A DNA stretch of 64,000 nt, taken from Candidatus Saccharimonadota bacterium. Lineage in GTDB: Bacteria; Patescibacteriota; Saccharimonadia; Saccharimonadales; Saccharimonadaceae. The notes under the pieces were generated by a model. The model was not told where the DNA came from and did no database searches. It worked only from the letters and a program-made list of their open reading frames with translations. The stretch spans positions 204 through 64,203 of the forward strand of contig JABCOJ020000009.1 of the NCBI GenBank assembly GCA_013333675.2, given 5' to 3'. Positions within the stretch are counted from its first letter, which is position 1, and each line of letters begins with the position of its first letter. A program made the translations under genes and the position numbers. Positions 58,120 to 64,000 of this stretch are shown here, piece by piece.

Positions 58120-58278
58120 CGAGTGTATTTTCGCTTTCTGCGATTAGACTCCAGCCTTGCTCTGGGAGCAAGTAGCATAGCTAGTGAACGAGGCGTGCCG
58201 CAGGCTGAACCTCTCTTTAGTCTGGAGGTTTAATGCAAAATACGATTGGTTAATTTGTTTACTGCGGTCATTCTTATA

Positions 58279-61020
58279 CTAACTGCCGCTTGATGAACTG
58301 CTGCTCTTTTGGTAGCTCGTGCTATTTGTCGCGGTGTAGTAGCCGACGTCAGTTACCTTTGCGGTGATCGTGCCGCTTGTAGCGGACGCCAAGTCGGTCG
58401 GCGATAATGTCCATGTACCGTTGCTGTCGACCTGTTTGCTGGCAACAACCGTACTGCCGGATAGTAATTCAATCGACTGAAGCGTGTAGCGCCCGTGCGT
58501 ATACGTGACGGAGACGGTGCCACTTGATGTTGTGCTGACTGATACGGTTGGCTTGGCGTCGTCACATTGGTGGGCGTCGTCGTCGGCGTTGGCGTCGTAG
58601 CTGCTATCGGTCGAGGTGATGATTTCTTTTTTAGTAAAATCATCTTTCGCTTTGATGACGCCGATTTCAATTTTCGCATCTTCCGGCGTACATGAGGTCG
58701 CCTTCTTTTTTGACACTTTGTCGAATGTCATCTTTGCCGTTGATGTACCGGTTGATTTGTTGTAATACGACGGAAAGAGTTCGCCTTTAATATTTTGGAT
58801 ACCGCTCGGTGCCGTATACCAATCGCTTAGGGCTAATTTCTTTTGATCGGCGTACGATTTCGACACTGCCGCCATCGTTTTATCAAAGAACATTGCAGGA
58901 ATGAGCGAGTTGCCGCTCTTGAGCACCGATGTGTCGGAATTGCCGAACCATACTGCCATTGACAGGTTTGGCGTGTAGCCGGCCGCCCAGATATCTTTCG
59001 ACGCGACCTTGCCGTTTTTTTCGCCGTTACTTGTTCCCGTTTTGACCGCAGCGTGGACACCGATTCCGGTGAGCGCCGGCAGATAATCTTGATTCCAGCC
59101 AAGCCCGGCGCGCGCCTTCGCATCGCCTAGAATATCGGTCACAATGTACGCTGCCTGCGGGTTGATGACTTGTTTGCTTGATGCTTTATATTCTTTGAGT
59201 GTTTCGCCGTTGCTGTTCGTGACTTTTATGATTGACGTTTGCGGCATGTAAACGCCCTGGCGGCTCAATGTTGAGTAAGCATTGACGTGGTCAATCAGCC
59301 GCGTGCCGCAGCTACCGAGCGCGCTCGATAAGCCAGCCTGCGCGTCGACGCCATTGGTACAGTAATATTTATTGCCGGCGGCGCGAATCAGCGACCAGGT
59401 GCTGCCAGAGTTATTCTGTTCGTTGATTGCCATCGCTTTGACGGCGGGAATGTTACGCGAGCGGTCAAGCGCCTGGCGGATATTAATGTTATCTTGAAAC
59501 TTATTGTCGGCGTTTTGCGGCGTGTAATTACCTGGGAACGTCGTTTTGGTATCGGTGAGCGTCGAACCGCTGCCGTAGTTCTGCTTGCCGCTGCCTTGGT
59601 CGCTGAATAGCTGCGCATAGACGAACGGCTTGATCGACGACCCCGGCTGAATAAACGCTTTTGCGGCGTTATCCTGGCCGAATCCGGTGTAATTGAAGTC
59701 GCGGCTGCCCATTAGCGCTAGCAGCTGGCCGGTTTTCGTGTCTTCAATTGCCGCCGCACCATTCGTAAAGCCGGCATGGTTTGGACAGTTCCGATAGTTG
59801 CAATCGCGGCTCGTCATACTGCCGTTGAACATCGCCGTCATATTCGACTCAAGTAAATTTTGTACGTCAATATCAAGCGTCGTCTTCACGGTTAGTCCGC
59901 CTTCGCCGACGATCGTTTTGCCGAGTTCGCCTTCCAGCTGCTCTTTGACCATTTGCACGAAATGAGGCGCTTTCACATTAGAATACTGATCAGCAAGCGG
60001 CTTTACAGTGTCCATAATAGCGACGCTCTTTGCTTGATTCGCTTGCTCCTTGGAGATATATTTCATCTCGACCATATTATCAATCACTTTGCGCTGGCGT
60101 GCGAGCAGAGCATTGCGCCCGGCGATATTGTACGGATTATAGGCGCTCGGATTGTTCGGAATTGCCGCGAGCAGCGCGCACTCCGACAAATTCAAGTCTT
60201 TCGACGATTTGCCAAAATATGTCTGCGCTGCCGACTCAACGCCATTGCGCCGTCCGCCATACGGCGATTCGTTTAAGTAGAGCCCCAAAATTTGGTCTTT
60301 ACTATACATGCGTTCAACTTCGACCGCCAAAATAATCTCTTTAATTTTGCGCGGAATACCCGCTAGTCCGCGTTTTGCCGCCTCGTCGCGGAAGAACACT
60401 TGCTTGATCAGCTGCTGCGTCAGTGTCGAGCCGCCCTGCACGGCGTTTCCTTGGGCGTTGCTCAGCAGGGCGCGCATGATGCCGGAAATGCTAATGCCGC
60501 CGTGTTTATAAAAGTCTTTGTCCTCAATCGCGACCGTCGCCTGATCCATGCATGGCGCAATATTTTTATGGTCGACGACTAGCGTATAGTCGCCATCGCC
60601 TTTGTCTTCCCATAGTAATTTATTATTGCGGTCGTAATACTTTGTCACTGTGGTGCGTACGCGCTGCGATAGCGTGTCGGGATTGATCTGGTCGAGATCT
60701 TTGCGGAAATAAGCGAAAAGCGCTGTGCCCGCCAGTACGAGCAGCAACATGCATACGCCGATAATCTTCAGGAACATAAATAATCCCTGCCGGCTGAACC
60801 AATACTTCGCTACGCGTTTCGGGTGTAACCGGTACAATAAACGCTTCAGCGGATGTTTCGGCAGCGTCGCTAAGTACTCCGCTTTCTTTCGTGCTTTAGC
60901 GTCTTTTTTAACTTGTCGTTTGCGGGCGAGGTTAGAATAAACGCTCACGCCCTTCTTTGTCGGTCCCTGTTTTTTCCCCACAGTAATTTTCTTCCCATAA
61001 GCAATATTACCCTCCATCAT
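58279..61020 (-). CDS. Class A penicillin-binding protein (PBP1A family)
   Basis: EDKDFYKH, GGSTLTQQ, RKIKE; transpeptidase SSIK, SRN and KTG motifs. Confidence 0.95.
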   Translation of the reverse strand: MMEGNIAYGKKITVGKKQGPTKKGVSVYSNLARKRQVKKDAKARKKAEYLATLPKHPLKRLLYRLHPKRVAKYWFSRQGLFMFLKIIGVCMLLLVLAGTALFAYFRKDLDQINPDTLSQRVRTTVTKYYDRNNKLLWEDKGDGDYTLVVDHKNIAPCMDQATVAIEDKDFYKHGGISISGIMRALLSNAQGNAVQGGSTLTQQLIKQVFFRDEAAKRGLAGIPRKIKEIILAVEVERMYSKDQILGLYLNESPYGGRRNGVESAAQTYFGKSSKDLNLSECALLAAIPNNPSAYNPYNIAGRNALLARQRKVIDNMVEMKYISKEQANQAKSVAIMDTVKPLADQYSNVKAPHFVQMVKEQLEGELGKTIVGEGGLTVKTTLDIDVQNLLESNMTAMFNGSMTSRDCNYRNCPNHAGFTNGAAAIEDTKTGQLLALMGSRDFNYTGFGQDNAAKAFIQPGSSIKPFVYAQLFSDQGSGKQNYGSGSTLTDTKTTFPGNYTPQNADNKFQDNINIRQALDRSRNIPAVKAMAINEQNNSGSTWSLIRAAGNKYYCTNGVDAQAGLSSALGSCGTRLIDHVNAYSTLSRQGVYMPQTSIIKVTNSNGETLKEYKASSKQVINPQAAYIVTDILGDAKARAGLGWNQDYLPALTGIGVHAAVKTGTSNGEKNGKVASKDIWAAGYTPNLSMAVWFGNSDTSVLKSGNSLIPAMFFDKTMAAVSKSYADQKKLALSDWYTAPSGIQNIKGELFPSYYNKSTGTSTAKMTFDKVSKKKATSCTPEDAKIEIGVIKAKDDFTKKEIITSTDSSYDANADDDAHQCDDAKPTVSVSTTSSGTVSVTYTHGRYTLQSIELLSGSTVVASKQVDSNGTWTLSPTDLASATSGTITAKVTDVGYYTATNSTSYQKSSSSSSGS

Positions 61021-61099
61021 ACCACCATTTATGTCGCGTGCCTAGCCTTTTTATGGTACACTGGCACTAGTTGTTTATAAGCGTACGAAAGGATATGAA

Positions 61100-62311
61100 A
61101 TGACGCTGAGCGAAGAGTTGACCTGGCGCGGGTTTGTCAATCAAATGACATTCTCTGATATCAAAGAACTTGACGGCGAGAAGCGTACATTTTATTTCGG
61201 CGCCGATCCGAGTGCGGACAGCATGCAAATCGGCAACCTGGCGGCGATGATGATGTGCCGGCATTTCATCGAGCATGGCTACAAACCGATTTTGCTGGTC
61301 GGCGGTGCGACTGGTATGATTGGCGACCCTGACGGCAAAAAACAGGAGCGCGATTTGCGTAATGCCGAGACAGTGGCGCGAAACGTTGAGGGCTTGCGGC
61401 GGCAATTTGCGCAGATTTTTAACGGCAAAGAGTTTGAAATTGTTGATAACGCTGACTGGTTTCGCGATATTAACTATATTGATTTTTTACACCAAATCGG
61501 CAAGCATGTCAGTATGACGCAATTGCTTGATCGCGAGTTTGTGCAGCAGCGCATCGGCGAGGGCGGCAGCGGCATCAGCTATGGCGAGTTTAGCTACGCG
61601 CTGATTCAGGGCTATGATTTCTTGCATTTATATCGTGAAAAGGGCGCGACGCTGCAGTTGGCGGGCGCTGATCAGTGGGGTAATAGCGTCACGGGCGTAA
61701 GTTTGATTCGCAAACTTGAAGGCGGCGACGCGCATGTGTTTACGGCGCCGCTCATCATCAACAGGCAGACTGGCGTGAAGTTTGGCAAGTCAGAAGGCGG
61801 CGCAGTGTGGCTTGACCCGAATAAGACCAGTCCGTACCAATTCTATCAATTTTGGCTAAACTGCGATGATTTGACGAGCGAAGATCTCATTAAAATTTAC
61901 ACGCTGCTTGAGCGCGAGACGGTTGAAGCGCTGATTGACAACCACCACTTAAATCCGGGCGAGCGAGCACTGCAAAAAACCTTGGCGCGCGAAGTCACCG
62001 ACCTTGTGCACGGGCGCGAGCGGCGCGAGAGCGTCGAGCGTGTCACAGGCGTGCTTTTCGGCGGACTAAGCGTTCAAAAATTGACCGATGCAGACCTTGA
62101 CGCGCTGTCGGCAGAAATTCCGACCGTGTCGCCGCAAAACGTCGTCTCGGCGCTTGTTGAGGCGGGCGTATGCGCGAGTAACGGCGAGGCGCGGCGCTTG
62201 ATCGCAAACAACGCTATTAGCGTGAATGGCGAAAAGATTACTGCCGATCGCGAATTATCAGGCATTAATTTAATTAAAAAAGGCAAAAACGGGTTTGTGC
62301 TCGTTCGTTAA
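61100..62311 (+). CDS. tyrS: Tyrosyl-tRNA synthetase
   Basis: GADPSADS.QIGN, GGATG.IGDP, DQWGN, KFGKS; C-terminal S4 domain. Confidence 0.97.
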   Translation: MTLSEELTWRGFVNQMTFSDIKELDGEKRTFYFGADPSADSMQIGNLAAMMMCRHFIEHGYKPILLVGGATGMIGDPDGKKQERDLRNAETVARNVEGLRRQFAQIFNGKEFEIVDNADWFRDINYIDFLHQIGKHVSMTQLLDREFVQQRIGEGGSGISYGEFSYALIQGYDFLHLYREKGATLQLAGADQWGNSVTGVSLIRKLEGGDAHVFTAPLIINRQTGVKFGKSEGGAVWLDPNKTSPYQFYQFWLNCDDLTSEDLIKIYTLLERETVEALIDNHHLNPGERALQKTLAREVTDLVHGRERRESVERVTGVLFGGLSVQKLTDADLDALSAEIPTVSPQNVVSALVEAGVCASNGEARRLIANNAISVNGEKITADRELSGINLIKKGKNGFVLVR

Positions 62312-62321
62312 AGGAGAATAC

Positions 62322-63080
62322 ATGAAGAAAGTACTGGCATTTGATTTAGACGACACGCTGGCGGTGACAAAATCGCCAATTAGCGACCGCATGGCAGTGT
62401 TGCTAGGCCGTTTATTAGAGCACTACGACGTCTGCGTAATTACAGGTGGCACATTTAAGCAAATTCGTTCGCAAGTAATTGACCGCTTGAGTGTATCGCC
62501 GCAGCAACTGGCGCGCTTTCATGCGATGCCGACCTGCGGTACGCGCTACTACCGGTACGATGCGCTTGAGGGCGAATGGGAACTGCAATACGCCGAGGAT
62601 TTGAGCGAGAAGGAACGCGCACATATCGTTGACGTGCTTGAAAAAACCGCCAAAGATATGGGTATTTGGTGCGATGAGCCGGCAGGAGAAATTATTGAAG
62701 ACCGTATCAGCCAAATCACGATGTCGGCGCTTGGGCAGCAAGCGACGCCCGAGGATAAATATGCGTGGGCAGAGAAGTTCAAAGATGTGCGCCCGGTATA
62801 TCGCGATAAAGTTGCCGAGCAGCTGCCTGGGCTTGAGGTACGAATCGGCGGCACGACGAGTACAGATATTACGCGCCCGGGTATCGATAAAGCATACGGT
62901 ATCGGTAAACTAATCGACGCGCTCGATATTTCTAAGGATGAAGTGCTCTTTTTTGGCGACAAGCTCAATGAGGGCGGCAACGACTACCCAGTTAAGATGA
63001 TGGGCGTTGACAGCATTGCGGTTGACGGCTGGGAAACGACGGCATATGCGTTAGACGGCGTGCTTGGTGTGACGGAATAA
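62322..63080 (+). CDS. HAD-IIB hydrolase (phosphomannomutase-like)
   Basis: FDLDDTL, IGGTTS.D, FFGD...GGNDY motifs. Confidence 0.9.
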   Translation: MKKVLAFDLDDTLAVTKSPISDRMAVLLGRLLEHYDVCVITGGTFKQIRSQVIDRLSVSPQQLARFHAMPTCGTRYYRYDALEGEWELQYAEDLSEKERAHIVDVLEKTAKDMGIWCDEPAGEIIEDRISQITMSALGQQATPEDKYAWAEKFKDVRPVYRDKVAEQLPGLEVRIGGTTSTDITRPGIDKAYGIGKLIDALDISKDEVLFFGDKLNEGGNDYPVKMMGVDSIAVDGWETTAYALDGVLGVTE

Positions 63081-63088
63081 CCAGGAAC

Positions 63089-64000
63089 GTGAATCTAACA
63101 ACCAAATTAGAGCAAGTCAAAGGCGTTGGACCGAAAACGGCGGCGCAGCTGCGTAGTGCGGGGCTGGAAACGGTCGGTGATTTGCTGGTGTTTTTGCCTC
63201 GCAAACACGAAGATTTCACGAATGTTGCGCCGATTGCTGAACTTAAACCTGGCAACGTAACAATTCGCGCCCGCTGCGAGAAGATTAGCACGCGCCCCGT
63301 ACGCCGCGGCTTGCGCTTAACGACGGCAGTACTAGTAGATGACAGTGGAAAGCTAAACGCCGTATGGTTTAACCAGCCGTACCGCACGCAGCAGCTCGGC
63401 GCAAGCGATGAATATTTTTTCTTTAGCGGTGTGTTTGAATACAATTACGGGCGCTACCAATTGACGAACCCGAGCGCTGAGCTTGCAAAGGAGCTGCCAG
63501 TGCAAGCCGAGCGACTACTGCCGGTATATCGCCAACTGCGCGGACTTAAATCGCAAACAGTGCGTAAAATTATTGAGCAATTACGCCCGTTGATGAACGT
63601 GTTGCCGGAGACGCTACCGCCGAGCGTTGTTGTGCATGAAGCGCTTATGTCGCGCGCCGATGCGATCAGCACAATGCATTTTCCACGCCAGGCGGGCGAC
63701 GTGGTGCGCGCTCGCGAGCGGCTAGCGTTTGAAGAACTATTCCAGTTGATCTTGGCAAGCCAATTAAATAAAATTGAGAACCAAAAACTACAGGGCTATC
63801 AGATTACGTTTGAGCCTGATGTGGTACGGCAGTTTGTATCGCAATTGCCATTTGCGCTCACGAATTCACAGCGTCGGGCGGCGTGGGATATATTGCAGGA
63901 TTTCGAGCGTGCTACGCCGATGAATCGGCTGCTGCAGGGCGATGTTGGCAGCGGTAAGACGGTAGTCGCAGGCATCGCGGCGCGCCAAGCGGCGAGCGCG
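63089..64000 (+). CDS. recG: ATP-dependent DNA helicase RecG (3'-partial)
   Basis: GTG start, VKGVGPK, WFNQPY, RLAFEELF, MNRLLQGDVGSGKT; runs off the window. Confidence 0.95.
   Translation, partial: MNLTTKLEQVKGVGPKTAAQLRSAGLETVGDLLVFLPRKHEDFTNVAPIAELKPGNVTIRARCEKISTRPVRRGLRLTTAVLVDDSGKLNAVWFNQPYRTQQLGASDEYFFFSGVFEYNYGRYQLTNPSAELAKELPVQAERLLPVYRQLRGLKSQTVRKIIEQLRPLMNVLPETLPPSVVVHEALMSRADAISTMHFPRQAGDVVRARERLAFEELFQLILASQLNKIENQKLQGYQITFEPDVVRQFVSQLPFALTNSQRRAAWDILQDFERATPMNRLLQGDVGSGKTVVAGIAARQAASA

Noticed and set aside
1..64000. CRISPR array or rRNA genes
   Set aside because: No regularly spaced repeat-spacer series and no rRNA-like sequence seen.

Overview
Gene-dense bacterial chromosome segment whose gene content and order point to Patescibacteria/CPR, most likely Saccharibacteria (TM7); this is an inference from uL30 missing from the spc operon, cysteine-free bL33/bL36 and the split rplK/rplA/rplJL arrangement. 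Core content: end of the spc and alpha operons, trpS, five tRNAs, a GT4-GH57-GH15 alpha-glucan cluster, secE-nusG-rplK, rplA, thyA/folA/dcd/tmk, rplJL, queA, nusA, a CIRCE-preceded clpC-radA-PIN/TRAM cluster, a class A PBP, tyrS and the start of recG. The most notable accessory region is a ~5.5 kb AT-richer island beside tRNA-Thr(GGT) (12660-18245). It is bracketed by long imperfect inverted repeats and encodes a compact retron-like reverse transcriptase with non-canonical motifs, preceded by a promoter, a ~260-nt hairpin-rich non-coding region and a 67-aa ORF, plus two membrane proteins and a probable restriction-modification pair. Other observations: a candidate leaderless Trp attenuator before trpS, a relocated GrpB gene that carries the rplO tail while a deletion-eroded GrpB fossil lies between rplO and secY, a NikJ/PolH-like radical SAM ORF with a Cys-to-Tyr change, decayed IS30 and IS481 elements, cysS and gre pseudogene fragments, and two unexplained structured intergenic regions. 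All assignments are by eye; no searches or folding programs were run.
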